Source of the DNA: Mycolicibacterium smegmatis
GTDB lineage: Bacteria; Actinomycetota; Actinomycetes; Mycobacteriales; Mycobacteriaceae
Reading direction: 5' to 3'
Length of the DNA stretch: 32,000 nucleotides
NCBI RefSeq assembly: GCF_001457595.1
Contig: NZ_LN831039.1
Coordinates: 4,680,001 to 4,712,000 of the forward strand
Positions 1 through 10,414 of this stretch are shown here, in pieces (within the stretch, counting starts at the first letter, position 1; each line of letters opens with the position of its first letter). Below the pieces are notes generated by a model. That model was not told the origin of the DNA. It saw nothing but the letters and a program-made list of their open reading frames with translations, and did not search any database. The translations under genes were made by a program, and so were the position numbers.

Positions 1-792
1 CCACGGCGGCATTCCCAGCTCACCGGCCAGCCGGTACGGATCACCCGACAGCGGCCCGACCCGCGCGATCGTGTGCACGGCCTCGGCCAGCGCATCGGCC
101 AGCACCACGTGCGGCTCCCCCGCCAGCATCGCCCAGCGCAGCGCCTCGGCCGCCCCGGCCACATCCCCCACCACCGCCTTGTCGGCGATGTCGAAGCCCT
201 TCACCTCGGCCTTTCCGCTGTGATAGCGGCGCACCGCCGCGGCGTCGACCTCACCCGCGGTGTCGGCGACCAGTTGGGAACACACCGCGGCCAGTTCGCG
301 GATGTTGGAGCCGACCGCGTCGAGCACTGCCGAGACCGTGTCCTCGGATACCTTGGCGCGCAGTCTGCGGAACTCGGAGCGGACGAAGTCCGCACGCTCG
401 GCCGGCTTGGTGATGCGGGCGCACGGATGGACCTCGGCGCCCAGCTTCTTGAGCTGATCAGCCAGCGCCTTGGCGCGGCCACCCCCGGAGTGGATGACCA
501 CCAGCACGGTCCCGGGCGGCAGATCGGCAGCCGCCGACGCGATGAGGGCGACGGCGTCCTTGCCCGCCTCGGCGGCGGCCTCGAGCACGACCAGACGCTC
601 CTCGGCGAACAGCGACGGGCTGAGCAGTTCGGCGAGCTCACTGGTGCTCACCTCACCCGCGCGCAGGCGGTCCACCGGCACGTCGTCGGAACCGGCACGC
701 TTGCGGATGTCGCGCAGGATGGCGCCCACGGCGCGCTCCACCAACAGTTCCTCGTCGCCAAGCACCAAGTGCAGCCCGTCGGTCACGCCCAT
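1..792 (-). CDS. holA: DNA polymerase III subunit delta, 3' end truncated by window start
   Basis: Minus-strand reading gives [80 protein letters not shown]..., typical HolA N-terminus and middle. ATG at 790-792. It lies next to comEC as in other mycobacteria. The track does not list it as one ORF. Confidence 0.9.
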   Translation of the reverse strand, partial: MGVTDGLHLVLGDEELLVERAVGAILRDIRKRAGSDDVPVDRLRAGEVSTSELAELLSPSLFAEERLVVLEAAAEAGKDAVALIASAAADLPPGTVLVVIHSGGGRAKALADQLKKLGAEVHPCARITKPAERADFVRSEFRRLRAKVSEDTVSAVLDAVGSNIRELAAVCSQLVADTAGEVDAAAVRRYHSGKAEVKGFDIADKAVVGDVAGAAEALRWAMLAGEPHVVLADALAEAVHTIARVGPLSGDPYRLAGELGMPPW

Positions 793-799
793 GATGGTG

Positions 800-2314
800 T
801 CATGTCGGCCCGACAGCGCCGACAACCTGGCCCGCCACCGTCCAGGCCAGCATCACGACGGCCGCGCCCGCGACCGCCCGGCGCACCCAGCGGCTGCGCC
901 ACAGCACCGTCAGAGTGACGCCCGAGATCGCGACGAGCAGTACGCCGGCCCATCCGGACGGCGTCGGAACGGTCGCCGCGGGCATCCCCGACGCCCACCG
1001 CGCAACCGACAACAACCACCACACCTCGGGACCGGTGAACCGGATCAGCAGCCCCGCGCCGGCCGGCCACACCGCCGCCAGGGCCGCGGCCGCGGTCCCC
1101 AGCACGGTGATCGGCGGAATCACTCCCACCACCGCCAGATTGGCCGCGACGGCCACGACACTGAAGCGCCCGGAGATCCCCGCGACGAGCGGTGCGGTGA
1201 CCAACTGCGCCGCGGCCGCGACGCTGACGGCCGCGGCCAGTGTGCTGGGCCAGCCGCGGGCCTCCAGGCGGCGCGCCCACACCGGTGCGATGACGACGAT
1301 GGCTGCCGTGGCGCACACCGACAACGCGAAGCCGACGTCGACAGCGAGTTCGGGGGCGGCGGCCATCAGCACCAGCACACTGGCGGCCAGCGCCGGAATG
1401 GCCTGGCGCCGCCGGTGCGTCACGATCGCGAGCAGCGTCACCGCACCCATGACCGCGGAGCGGAGCACGCTGGCCGACGGCTGTACCACGATGACGAACG
1501 CGACAAGGCCCACCAGGGCCAGGCCGACCGCGATGCGCGGACCCACCAACGCCGCGGACAGCAACAGGGCTCCGCACACGATGGTCACGTTGGCGCCGGA
1601 CACCGCGGTCAGATGGGTCAAACCGCTCGAGCGGAACTCGGCCGTGGTCTGGGTGCTGACCGTGCTGGTGTCCCCGAGGACCAGGCCCGGCAGGATCGCG
1701 GCCTGATCGGCGGGCAGGACCAGACGAGCCGTCTCGGCGAACGACGTCCGGATGCGTTGTGCGCCACGCTGAATTGCCGGTGCCTCACCGATCGTCGGAT
1801 CACCGCGCGCCGAGAGGGCCGCGACCGTCAGATCGGCCCTGGTCGGCCGCGACAGCGTGGCGCGGAACCCGACCGGGCTGCCGGGTGTGAGTGCACCGAA
1901 ACGGCTCGACGCGAACACCATCACGCGTCCGGAGACCGGGGCGCCGTCGAGTTCGGTGAGTGCGGCCCGGAACATCAGGCGGTTGCCGCGGGTCGGCCGT
2001 GGCACCTCGCTGACGACCACGCGGACAGTCGCGGCCCCGCCGTAGCGGTCGACGACAGGGTGTTCACGAACCTGGTTCACGCGCAATCCGATCGCGACCG
2101 CGAAACCCACACCTGTCACCGCGACGGCGATCACCACGGCGCCGGTACGCGCCGGGCCGGCCCACCGGGTGACCGCGGCAGCGAGCAGTGTCACCACGAT
2201 CACCACGAGCACCGATCCGGCGATGTACCAGACGATCCCGGCCGCGGTCACCAACCATGCGGTCAGCGCAGCGGGTACCAGGCGCAGGTCGAGGAGTTCG
2301 GGTTCGTCGGTCAT
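800..2314 (-). CDS. comEC: ComEC/Rec2-type competence membrane protein, no C-terminal metallo-beta-lactamase domain
   Basis: 504 aa polytopic protein. [36 protein letters not shown] is the hallmark ComEC competence-domain motif. It starts in an ATGA overlap with the upstream comEA-like gene. Confidence 0.88.
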   Translation of the reverse strand: MTDEPELLDLRLVPAALTAWLVTAAGIVWYIAGSVLVVIVVTLLAAAVTRWAGPARTGAVVIAVAVTGVGFAVAIGLRVNQVREHPVVDRYGGAATVRVVVSEVPRPTRGNRLMFRAALTELDGAPVSGRVMVFASSRFGALTPGSPVGFRATLSRPTRADLTVAALSARGDPTIGEAPAIQRGAQRIRTSFAETARLVLPADQAAILPGLVLGDTSTVSTQTTAEFRSSGLTHLTAVSGANVTIVCGALLLSAALVGPRIAVGLALVGLVAFVIVVQPSASVLRSAVMGAVTLLAIVTHRRRQAIPALAASVLVLMAAAPELAVDVGFALSVCATAAIVVIAPVWARRLEARGWPSTLAAAVSVAAAAQLVTAPLVAGISGRFSVVAVAANLAVVGVIPPITVLGTAAAALAAVWPAGAGLLIRFTGPEVWWLLSVARWASGMPAATVPTPSGWAGVLLVAISGVTLTVLWRSRWVRRAVAGAAVVMLAWTVAGQVVGAVGPT

Positions 2315-3153
2315 ACCCGGACCAGACCACGCAGCTTCTCCAGCCGGGCCGGGCCGATACCGTCGACCTCACCCAGTTGGTCGACACTGGCGAACTGCCC
2401 GTTGGCATTTCGCCATGACACGATGGCCTCCGCGGTCACCGGCCCGACGCCGGGCAGCGCGTCGAGTTGTTCGACGGTTGCGGTGTTGAGGTCGAGCGGG
2501 CCGGACGCAGTCTGCCCGCCACCACCGGCAGCGGGCTCGGCGGCACCGGTCGCCTCCGCGGTGGAGACCGAACTGCCCATGGTGGTCGGCTGACCCGCCG
2601 GCGCGGCGATCCCGACAACGATCTGTTCTCCGTCGGCGACGCGCCGCGCCATGTTGAGCCCGATCAGATCGGCACCGTCGAGCGCACCACCCGCGGCGGT
2701 GAGCGCGTCGGCGATCCGGGCTCCCGATGACAAAGTCACCAGGCCGGGCTTGTGCACCAGGCCGACGACACTGACCACCACCGGCCCGGCCGCCGCCTCC
2801 GGCGTGGGGGCCGATGACGAAACCATCTGCACCGGAGGAAGGTTCGCTGACATTACGGGTGCAGGGCGGTCGCGCAGCACGACGAACACCGTGATGAGCA
2901 CCGCCAACACTCCCAGCGTGGCGAGTGCGAGAACTCCGACGCGGCCGGGATCGGCCCGGATCACGTTCAGCCACGCGGGCCGCTGCCCCTCCGTGGTGTC
3001 GGGCAGCCACTTCGACAGCGCGGTGTCCGGCGCGACGCCGGATTCGGAGTCCTCGGTGTCACCGGCATCGGCAGCGTCGATGGTGTCCGTGGTGGCGTCG
3101 GTGTCAGACCCGAGTCTGCGGCGTAGCCGCTGCACGGGCAATTCGGTACCCAT
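2311..3153 (-). CDS. comEA: ComEA-like DNA-binding protein: TM segment, SLBB domain, C-terminal helix-hairpin-helix
   Basis: C-terminus LDLNTATVEQLDALPGVGPVTAEAIVSWRNANGQFASVDQLGEVDGIGPARLEKLRGLV is ComEA HhH. TM segment VGVLALATLGVLAVLITVFVVL. Start chosen at MGTELPVQRL; the ORF track extends to 3189. Confidence 0.88.
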   Translation of the reverse strand: MGTELPVQRLRRRLGSDTDATTDTIDAADAGDTEDSESGVAPDTALSKWLPDTTEGQRPAWLNVIRADPGRVGVLALATLGVLAVLITVFVVLRDRPAPVMSANLPPVQMVSSSAPTPEAAAGPVVVSVVGLVHKPGLVTLSSGARIADALTAAGGALDGADLIGLNMARRVADGEQIVVGIAAPAGQPTTMGSSVSTAEATGAAEPAAGGGGQTASGPLDLNTATVEQLDALPGVGPVTAEAIVSWRNANGQFASVDQLGEVDGIGPARLEKLRGLVRV

Positions 3154-3255
3154 GCCCGCGACGGTAGGCCCGGCACCGGACCGGACCACCCCGCCGCAGA
3201 CGCCCCGGCGGGCCGGCTGTGGATGAAATCGGGTCTGGGGACAACCTGGGCGTGG

Positions 3256-4521
3256 TCAGGCGGCGTGCTTGCCGGACTTGTGCTTTTTCTCCGACGACTT
3301 CTCGGTCGACTTCTTCTCCGACTTCTTCTCGTTCGATGACTTCTCGGTCGACTTGCCCGAATCACCCGCATCGGAGCCCTTGCCCGACAACGACTTTTGC
3401 TGCTTCTGGGTCTTCGCCGGCGATCCGGTCAACGACTTCATAGCGCGTCCGATATCGGAAGCCGCCTTGCGGATCGGGCGCGGCTTGGTCACCGACGGGG
3501 TGGACTTGCCCGCTGAATCCGGTTCGGTCACCGAAGCGGGTTGTGCCGTCGTGGCCTTGGTGGTCACGTCGGGGTCGTCCTTGGTCGCGTCGGTTACCTT
3601 CGAATCGGTGTCAAGACCCGGCTTGTCGGCCTTCGCTGTTGTCAGGGCCGCGACCGCCGGTGCGGCTTCGTCGAACCGGCGGTCGGCGGAGCCACCGGCC
3701 GCGTCGTGGATGTTGGTGGCTGCGGTCTGCAGCGAATCGGTGACGATCGTCGACGCGGTCCGCAGCACGTCGCCGGCCTGCTCGACGGCCGCTGACAACG
3801 CCCGCGCCGGGTCACCGGAACGTGCGAGTTCCTGCGCGGCGGCGTCGACGGTCTGCGGGACACCGAGCAGCACCAGTTCACCGGCCTGGAACGCAACCGC
3901 GGCGAACACCTTGATGGCCTCGACCGCGACGACCTCGGGCAGTGTGCGTGCGCCGGTCTCGGTCGGCACCGGCACACCCGGCCCGGGCAGCGGTTGGTTG
4001 AGGCCGTCGAGAATGGTTTGGCGGGCGGTGTCGATGGCGTCGGGCAGGGTGGCCGGGTCAGCCAGCGCCGCACCGATGCGCAGCAACTGCACCACCGAGA
4101 TCTCCAGGTTGTTGAACGCCTTGGGGACGACGCGGTCGACGTCGTTGAGAATGATGCCCTCGGCCGCGTCGTTCAGCGGGCCCGTCACCGAGGCGGCGGC
4201 CGCCCCGATCGCGCGGGTCAGCGATCCGTTGGTGCCCAGTGAGTCGAGGAACGCGAGCGGCGACAGCGCCGTTCCGACCGGAACCGAGACCAGCCCCTGC
4301 ACGATGAACGGGCAGATCACGCTGCAGTACTGCGCCTGGTTCTGCAGGAACGCCAGCGGAAGCGCCCCGAGCGCGGGGCTCGCCGTCAGCTCGACCGGCG
4401 CGCTGACCACGCGCGGCAGGTGCAGGTCGGGCGGCGGTTCCACGACCGGTGCGACGAGGGCCGCGCCGACGCTTGCGGCAGCGATCGTGGACAGGACTGC
4501 GGAGTGTGCACGCGCATACAA
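3256..4521 (-). CDS. Possible secreted/cell-envelope mycobacterial protein of unknown function with Lys/Ser/Glu-rich C-terminal tail
   Basis: 421 aa ORF, TTG start as called. Ala/Val-rich hydrophobic N-terminus LSTIAAASVGAALVAPVVEPPPDLHLPRVV. Tail SPAKTQKQQKSLSGKGSDAGDSGKSTEKSSNEKKSEKKSTEKSSEKKHKSGKHAA. A 423-aa ORF opposes it on the + strand, but protein composition favours this strand. Confidence 0.7.
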   Translation of the reverse strand: MYARAHSAVLSTIAAASVGAALVAPVVEPPPDLHLPRVVSAPVELTASPALGALPLAFLQNQAQYCSVICPFIVQGLVSVPVGTALSPLAFLDSLGTNGSLTRAIGAAAASVTGPLNDAAEGIILNDVDRVVPKAFNNLEISVVQLLRIGAALADPATLPDAIDTARQTILDGLNQPLPGPGVPVPTETGARTLPEVVAVEAIKVFAAVAFQAGELVLLGVPQTVDAAAQELARSGDPARALSAAVEQAGDVLRTASTIVTDSLQTAATNIHDAAGGSADRRFDEAAPAVAALTTAKADKPGLDTDSKVTDATKDDPDVTTKATTAQPASVTEPDSAGKSTPSVTKPRPIRKAASDIGRAMKSLTGSPAKTQKQQKSLSGKGSDAGDSGKSTEKSSNEKKSEKKSTEKSSEKKHKSGKHAA

Positions 4522-4626
4522 TTCGGGCCCCCAGAGGTGATCGGAAATCCTGACCTATAGACACGTGCCCCGGCCGCGAAAAGTTCAGAACACCGGCTCA
4601 CGCGAAGTACTGGCCACTTCACGCCG

Positions 4627-5433
4627 CTAAACAACTCGCGGCACCGGACCGCCGTTCCTCGCGGACTCGTGCGGCGTGACGCGGTCCAGGAACCGCAGCA
4701 ACTCCACCGGGAACGGCACCACCACCGTCGAGTTCTTCTCGGCCGCGACCTCCACCACCGTCTCCAGGAACCGCAACTGCAGGGCCGCGGGCTCGTTACC
4801 CATCACATCGGCTGCGGCAGCGAGCTTTTCGGAGGCCTGCAACTCACCGTCGGCGGTGATCACGCGCGCGCGCCGTTCCCGCTCGGCCTCGGCCTGTTTC
4901 GCTATCGACCGCTTCATCGAATCCGGCAGCACCACGTCCTTGATCTCGACGCGGTCGATGTGGATGCCCCAACCCACGGCCGGATTGTCGATCAGCAGTT
5001 CCAGGCCCTGGTTGAGCCGCTCACGGTTCGACAGCAGGTCATCGAGGTTGCTCTTGCCGATGATCGACCGCAGTGACGTCTGCGCCACCTGCCCGACGGC
5101 CGACATGTAGTCCTGCACGTCCACGACGGCACGCACCGGGTCGATGACCTTGAAGTAGATGACGGCGTCGACGCGCACCGTGACGTTGTCGCGGGTGATG
5201 CCGTCCTGTGCAGGGATCGGCATCGTCACGATCTGCATGTTGACCTTCTGCAACCGGTCGGCGATCGGGATCAGCATGGTCAGGCCCGGTTGCCGGATGC
5301 TTTTGGTCACACGGCCGAACCGGAAGACCACGCCTCTCTCATACTGTCTCACCACCCGGATGTTGCGGATGGCCAGCCAGGCCAGCGTCACCGCGGCGGC
5401 TGCCGATATCCCGAGCGAATAGAGCATGTCCAT
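4627..5433 (-). CDS. SPFH/Band-7 family protein (stomatin/prohibitin homolog)
   Basis: N-terminal TM followed by VRQYERGVVFRFGRVTKSIRQPGLTMLIPIADRLQKVNMQIVTMPIPAQDGITRDNVTVRVDAVIYFKVIDPVRAV..., classic Band-7. Start chosen at MDMLYSLG (CAT at 5431-5433). Confidence 0.92.
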   Translation of the reverse strand: MDMLYSLGISAAAAVTLAWLAIRNIRVVRQYERGVVFRFGRVTKSIRQPGLTMLIPIADRLQKVNMQIVTMPIPAQDGITRDNVTVRVDAVIYFKVIDPVRAVVDVQDYMSAVGQVAQTSLRSIIGKSNLDDLLSNRERLNQGLELLIDNPAVGWGIHIDRVEIKDVVLPDSMKRSIAKQAEAERERRARVITADGELQASEKLAAAADVMGNEPAALQLRFLETVVEVAAEKNSTVVVPFPVELLRFLDRVTPHESARNGGPVPRVV

Positions 5434-5536
5434 GATTCGCCTCGATCCATGGATTCCGGGTCCTGGCGCGTTGAGCGCCATGATTCGATTGTGCGCTCGG
5501 GCGCGGTGGCCCCGCAGGCGATCGGGCCCGGACCGG

Positions 5537-6379
5537 TCAGCTTTCGGGATCGACCGACAGGGCCACACCGACCGCACCGCCGCCGACGTGCACGGCCAGC
5601 ACGGGGCCCATGTCGGCCACCTCCAGCGACCGCAGCGCGGGCAGCCGCTCGGTGAGCTGTTTGCCGATCTCTTCGGCGGCTTCGGGATTGTCGACGTGAT
5701 GCACCACCACGTCGACGAGGCGGTCCCCGGCCTCTTCGAGCACCTGCTCGACGAGCGCGGAGTGCGCCTTGGATGCGGTACGGATGCGCTGCGAGAGCAC
5801 CAGGCGTCCGTCGATATCCAACTGCAGCAACGGTTTCAGCGCCAGCGCGGTGCCCAGCCACGATGCCGCGGTGCCGATGCGACCGCTGCGCCGCAGGTTG
5901 TCCAGGCGGTGCACCACGATGAACGCGTGGGTGCGCTGCGCGGCGGCGCGTGCCGCGGCCTCGACGTCGTCCAGCGACGCCCCCGCGCCGGCCGCCCGCG
6001 CCGCGGCCAGCGCCGCGAACCCGACACCCATCGCCGCCGACCGCGAGTTGACGACGCGTACCGCGTGGCTGAACTCGCGCGCAGCCGAGGCCGCCGAGCT
6101 GTAGGTGCTCGACAGTGCGGCCGAGATATGTACTGCGACAACGCCGTCGCCACCACTGTCGGCGAGCGCACGACGGTAGACATCGGCGATCTCGGTGGGT
6201 GTCGCGCCCGACGTGGTGACCTTGGGGCGGTCATGGATGTCGGACGGTACGGCGTCGACACCGTCGCGCAGATCGTTGTCGCCGTCGAGGATGTGCAGCG
6301 GCACCTGCCGGATGCCCCACCGTTCACACAACTGGCGACTCAGCCGTGACGACGAGTCGGTAACGACCACCACCGCCAT
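5537..6379 (-). CDS. DegV family fatty-acid-binding protein
   Basis: 280 aa: VVVVTDSSSRLSRQLCERWGIRQVPLHIL..., VTTSGATPTEI, HRLDNLRRSGRI, LKPLLQLDIDGRLV are DegV signatures. Confidence 0.92.
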   Translation of the reverse strand: MAVVVVTDSSSRLSRQLCERWGIRQVPLHILDGDNDLRDGVDAVPSDIHDRPKVTTSGATPTEIADVYRRALADSGGDGVVAVHISAALSSTYSSAASAAREFSHAVRVVNSRSAAMGVGFAALAAARAAGAGASLDDVEAAARAAAQRTHAFIVVHRLDNLRRSGRIGTAASWLGTALALKPLLQLDIDGRLVLSQRIRTASKAHSALVEQVLEEAGDRLVDVVVHHVDNPEAAEEIGKQLTERLPALRSLEVADMGPVLAVHVGGGAVGVALSVDPES

Positions 6380-6380
6380 G

Positions 6381-7139
6381 TCAGGTTGCGGAATCCCGTT
6401 GTGTCACACCCGCTTCGGCAAGGCCTTTGAGCATCAGCTCGGCGACGGCGCGGTGCGCCTCGAAGCTCCAGTGGATACCGTCGGGATTGCCGCGTCCACC
6501 GAACACCTCGTCGGCGACGGCAGCCTTGAGATCCACCAGCGGTACGTGGTGCTCCTCGGCCCACGCCGTGATGGCCCGCACCGTCGGCTCACGCCCGTGG
6601 TGCGCCCTGCCGTAGGTCTCGGCGATGTGCACCGACGGCAGCGAGGCCACCACGGGGATGCCCGGACGGTTGAAATCGATGGCGTTGCGGGTCATTTCGA
6701 GGTACTCGACCGTCACATGCGGCGGCAGGGCCGACCGGGCGATCGGCGACAGCCGCGGCTGTACCCAGCCGTAGCCGTCGCGCACCCAGCGCCGCAACCA
6801 CGGTGGCCGGACGTACCGGATCATCTCCCGCAGTGCCGTGGGCAGCGGCGAGGGCAGCGAATCCATGCCGCTCGTCGCGAAGACCACCGCACCCGCCCGG
6901 GGCAGCGCGGCCCACGACCGCGGATCCTGGGTGGCCGCCCACCACACATCGCGGCAGGTCCAGCCGATGCGCCCGATCAGTTCGACGTCCCAGCCCAGTT
7001 GCTCGCCGACGATGTTGGGCCAGATCCGTGGATCATCGGCGGGCAGCCCGCCCGTGGGCCCGAAGTACGACAGCGAGTCGGCGAAGACCAGCAGCACCGG
7101 CCTGTGGCCAGTGGACTCCGAGGATGTCTCAGAGGACAT
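6381..7139 (-). CDS. octT: SGNH-type hydrolase/acyltransferase, octanoyltransferase OctT-like (methylglucose lipopolysaccharide pathway)
   Basis: [13 protein letters not shown] (GDS-like block), [19 protein letters not shown] (DxxH). It is immediately upstream of degV and downstream of the gpgP-like gene in transcription order, matching the mycobacterial octT locus. Confidence 0.75.
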
Positions 7140-7809
7140 CGTTGGCCACCTGCGCCGAGGCGTTCCACACGTCGAGTCGCCAGCGGATGTCCGCGAACTC
7201 CGCGTCGTCGGCCGAATGCCCGGACAGCTGCACCCAGCTGGCGTTACCCATGCCGCCCAGCACCGGCCAGTTGTCGACCGGCAGGCCGAGCAGCTCGGCG
7301 GTCAGTGCCGCGATCAGCCCACCGTGGGCCACCAGCACCACGGGGCGTTCGGCACCGGCCCCCGGGCGGTCCAGGCCCCATTCGGACTGTTGCGCAACGA
7401 GTTCGACGACCAGCGGCAGGCTGCGCTCGGCGACGTCCACGCGGCTCTCACCGCCGTGCGGCGCCCACCGGGCGTCGTCGCGCCAGGCCAGCCGGGCACC
7501 CGGGGCCGCGGCGTCGACCTCGAGATGGGTCAGCCCCTGCCAGTCCCCCAGATGCGTCTCGCGCAGGCGCTTGTCGACCGCCACCGCCACGCCCGCACGG
7601 GTGCCGAGGGTCTCGGCCGTGTCCAGCGCCCGCCGCAGATCCGACGAGACGATCAGCAGCGGCTGCCGTTTGGCCAGCACCTCGGCCGCCGCGGCGGCCT
7701 GATCGCGGCCGAGGTCGGACAGGTCGGTGTCGAGCTGGCCCTGCATCCGGCTGCCCGCGTTGTACTCGGTCTGGCCGTGACGCAACATCACCAGCCGACG
7801 GATCCTCAT
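7129..7809 (-). CDS. gpgP: Histidine phosphatase superfamily protein, glucosyl-3-phosphoglycerate phosphatase-like
   Basis: [38 protein letters not shown] (RHG motif) and [17 protein letters not shown]. Start at CAT 7807-7809. Overlaps the octT-like gene by 11 bp. Confidence 0.85.
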
Positions 7810-7819
7810 CAGTGCTGCC

Positions 7820-8221
7820 TCATTCCTGCGCCTCCGCGCCATCCTCTGAGGCCTCGCCGCGGTGGTCCAGGTCGACGGGCACCTGCGGGCAGTCCTTCCA
7901 CAGCCGGTCGAGCGCATAGAAGTTGCGCTCGTCCTGATGCTGGATGTGGACCACGACGTCGATGTAGTCGAGCAGCGTCCAACGGCCCTCGCGGGTCCCT
8001 TCGCGCCGGGCCGGTTTGTATCCGGCGAGCCGCATCTTCTCCTCGACCTCGTCGACGATCGCGTTCACCTGACGCTCGTTGGACGCAGAGGCGATCACGA
8101 AGCAGTCGGTGATCACCAACTGTCCGGACACGTCGATGACCACCACGTCGTCGGCCAGCTTCGACGCGGCCGCCTGGGCCGCCACCGTCGCCATCTGGAC
8201 GGCCTCGTCCGTCGCGGTCAT
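7820..8221 (-). CDS. rsfS: Ribosomal silencing factor RsfS
   Basis: [51 protein letters not shown]...[30 protein letters not shown]. Start MTATDEAV at 8221; the ORF track extends to 8371. Confidence 0.95.
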   Translation of the reverse strand: MTATDEAVQMATVAAQAAASKLADDVVVIDVSGQLVITDCFVIASASNERQVNAIVDEVEEKMRLAGYKPARREGTREGRWTLLDYIDVVVHIQHQDERNFYALDRLWKDCPQVPVDLDHRGEASEDGAEAQE

Positions 8222-8886
8222 CGCACTGCCTCCTCGTCTTTCACGTCGCCGTCCTTCGCTTCGCCGTTGTTCGGTTTGCGGGTGTACAGACCGCGCTTCG
8301 CCACGTACTGCACCACACCGTCGGGCACCAGGTACCAGATGGGTCGCTGTTCCTCGGCGCGCTTGCGGCAATCGCTCGACGAGATCGCCAGCGCCGGCAC
8401 CTCCACCAGCGACAACGCATCGGGCGGCAGTTCGCGCATCGCGTCCAGGATGTGCTTGCCGTCCAGTTCGTAGCCGGGCCTGCTCACGCCGACGAACTTG
8501 GCCATGGAGAACATGTCCTCCCAGTTCTGCCAGGACAGGATGGACCCGAGCGCGTCGGCGCCGGTGATGAAATACAGGTCGGCGTCGGTGTTGAGGTCAC
8601 GCAGATCGCGCAGCGTGTCCTTGGTGTAGGTGGGGCCGCCGCGGTCGATGTCGACCCGGCTGACCGAGAACCTGGGGTTGGACGCGGTCGCGATGACGGT
8701 CATGAGGTACCGGTCCTCGGCCGCGCTGACCCTGCGGTGGTGCTTCTGCCACGGTTCGCCGGTGGGCACGAACACGACCTCGTCGAGGTCGAACAGGTCG
8801 GCGACCTCGCTGGCCGCGACCAAGTGCCCGTTGTGGATGGGGTCGAACGTCCCACCCATCACGCCCAGCCTGCGCCGTGTTGCCAC
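8218..8886 (-). CDS. nadD: Nicotinate-nucleotide adenylyltransferase
   Basis: [40 protein letters not shown]...[19 protein letters not shown] overlap with rsfS. GTG start at 8886 preferred; the ORF extends to 8925. Confidence 0.95.
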   Translation of the reverse strand: MATRRRLGVMGGTFDPIHNGHLVAASEVADLFDLDEVVFVPTGEPWQKHHRRVSAAEDRYLMTVIATASNPRFSVSRVDIDRGGPTYTKDTLRDLRDLNTDADLYFITGADALGSILSWQNWEDMFSMAKFVGVSRPGYELDGKHILDAMRELPPDALSLVEVPALAISSSDCRKRAEEQRPIWYLVPDGVVQYVAKRGLYTRKPNNGEAKDGDVKDEEAVR

Positions 8887-8944
8887 GAATAGCGAGCTTA
8901 CGGCAGCGTCGGGCACCACCTGCACCCGTACAAATACGCCCGGG

Positions 8945-10402
8945 TCAGACCGGCAGCAGCCCGTCGATCACCGCGGCGAGCTGCTTGGCGGAGCGGCACT
9001 CGTGCATGGGGATGATGTCCTGGTACTTCGGCACCGCGGAGTCGCCGCTGCCCCACAGGTGCCTGGGCTCGGGATTGAGCCAGTGTGCGTGACGGCTGGC
9101 CGCGACCATGTGCGCGAGCAACTCGGCCTCGGGGTTGCGGTAATTGTTGCGGCCGTCGCCGAGCACCAGCAACGAGCTGCGCGGCGACAGTGCGTTGGGG
9201 TACTTGTCCAGGAACGACACGAACGCGTGCCCGTAGTCGGAGTGCCCGTCGCGTGTGTAGACGCCGGCCTCGCGGGTGATGCGCTGCACGGCCACCGCCA
9301 GATCCGCCTCGGGGCCGAACAGGTCGGTGACCTCGTCGGTGGTGTCGATGAAGGCGAACACGCGCACGCGGGAGAACTGCTGGCGCAGCGCCGAGACGAG
9401 CATGAGGGTGAAGTGGCTGAAACCGGCCACCGACCCGGACACGTCGCACAGCACGGCCAGCTCGGGCCGCGCCGGGTGCGGCTTCTTGAGCACGACGTCG
9501 ATGGGCACCCCGCCCGTGGACATGGACTTGCGCAGCGTCTTGCGCAGGTCGATTTCGCCCGCGCGGGCCCGCCGCCTGCGCGCCGCGAGCCGCGTGGCCA
9601 GCGTGCGGGCCAGCGGCTGCACGGTCTTGCGCATCTGGCGCAGTTGTTCACCCGAGGCCCGCAGGAACTCGACGTTCTCCGACAGCTGCGGCACGCCGTA
9701 CATCTGCACGTGCCCGCGGCCCAGCTGTTCGGCGGTGCGGCGTTTGGTCTCGTTCTCGACCATCTTGCGCAGCTGCGCGATGCGCTGCGCGGCCAGCGCC
9801 TTGGCGATCTCCTCCTGTGTGGGCGTCGGCTCGTCGCCGTAGGGCGCGAGCAGACCCGCCAGCAGCCGGCCCTCCAGATCGTCGAGGCTCATGGCCTTGA
9901 GCGCCTGGTACGACGAGTACGACGGTCCGCGGCTGGAGGTGTAGCGGCCGTAGGCCTCCACGATCTGCGCGATCAGCGTCGCGAGCCGGTCGTCGAGATT
10001 GGCCAGTTCCTCGTTGTCGGCGAGCATCTGCACGAGCATCTCGCGCATCGCCTCGATGTCCTCTGGGGGCAGCTGGGGTGTCTTCCCGGTGCCCTCGCCG
10101 TCGGCGTCGGATTCGTCGTCGAGCACCGTGCGCGCGCCCAGGGCGGCCGGGAAGAACAGGTCGAACAACGCGTCGTAGGTGTCACGGTGATCGGCGCGGC
10201 GCAGCACCGCGCACGCGATGCCCTCGCGTAGCGCCTCCCGGTTACCCAGACCCAGCACCGTGAGCACCCGGCCTGCGTCGACGGTCTCCGACGGGCCGAC
10301 CGAGATACCTTGCCCGCGAAGGGCTTCGACGAACTCGACGAGGTGCCCCGGCAGGCCGTGCGGGGCCAGCGGCTGCGGGGGTCTGACCCGGCGGGGAGCC
10401 AT
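8945..10402 (-). CDS. VWA domain (CoxE-like) protein
   Basis: 485 aa containing [48 protein letters not shown] (DxSxS MIDAS). It pairs with a MoxR-type ATPase upstream. Confidence 0.9.
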   Translation of the reverse strand: MAPRRVRPPQPLAPHGLPGHLVEFVEALRGQGISVGPSETVDAGRVLTVLGLGNREALREGIACAVLRRADHRDTYDALFDLFFPAALGARTVLDDESDADGEGTGKTPQLPPEDIEAMREMLVQMLADNEELANLDDRLATLIAQIVEAYGRYTSSRGPSYSSYQALKAMSLDDLEGRLLAGLLAPYGDEPTPTQEEIAKALAAQRIAQLRKMVENETKRRTAEQLGRGHVQMYGVPQLSENVEFLRASGEQLRQMRKTVQPLARTLATRLAARRRRARAGEIDLRKTLRKSMSTGGVPIDVVLKKPHPARPELAVLCDVSGSVAGFSHFTLMLVSALRQQFSRVRVFAFIDTTDEVTDLFGPEADLAVAVQRITREAGVYTRDGHSDYGHAFVSFLDKYPNALSPRSSLLVLGDGRNNYRNPEAELLAHMVAASRHAHWLNPEPRHLWGSGDSAVPKYQDIIPMHECRSAKQLAAVIDGLLPV

Positions 10403-10414
10403 CAGCGCACCCGG

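Noticed and set aside
470-2593. 707-aa + strand ORF antisense to comEC/comEA
   Set aside because: Arg/His/Pro/Gly-rich composition with no recognisable domain; shadow ORF opposite well-supported genes in high-GC DNA.
3269-4540. 423-aa + strand ORF antisense to the Lys-tailed protein
   Set aside because: Its opening FSDDFSVDFFSDFFSFDDFSVD is the antisense image of the Lys/Ser/Glu repeat tail. No convincing motif, although this is the least certain strand choice in the window.
6195-7919. 574-aa + strand ORF over octT/gpgP
   Set aside because: Low-complexity Arg/Pro-rich shadow of conserved minus-strand genes.
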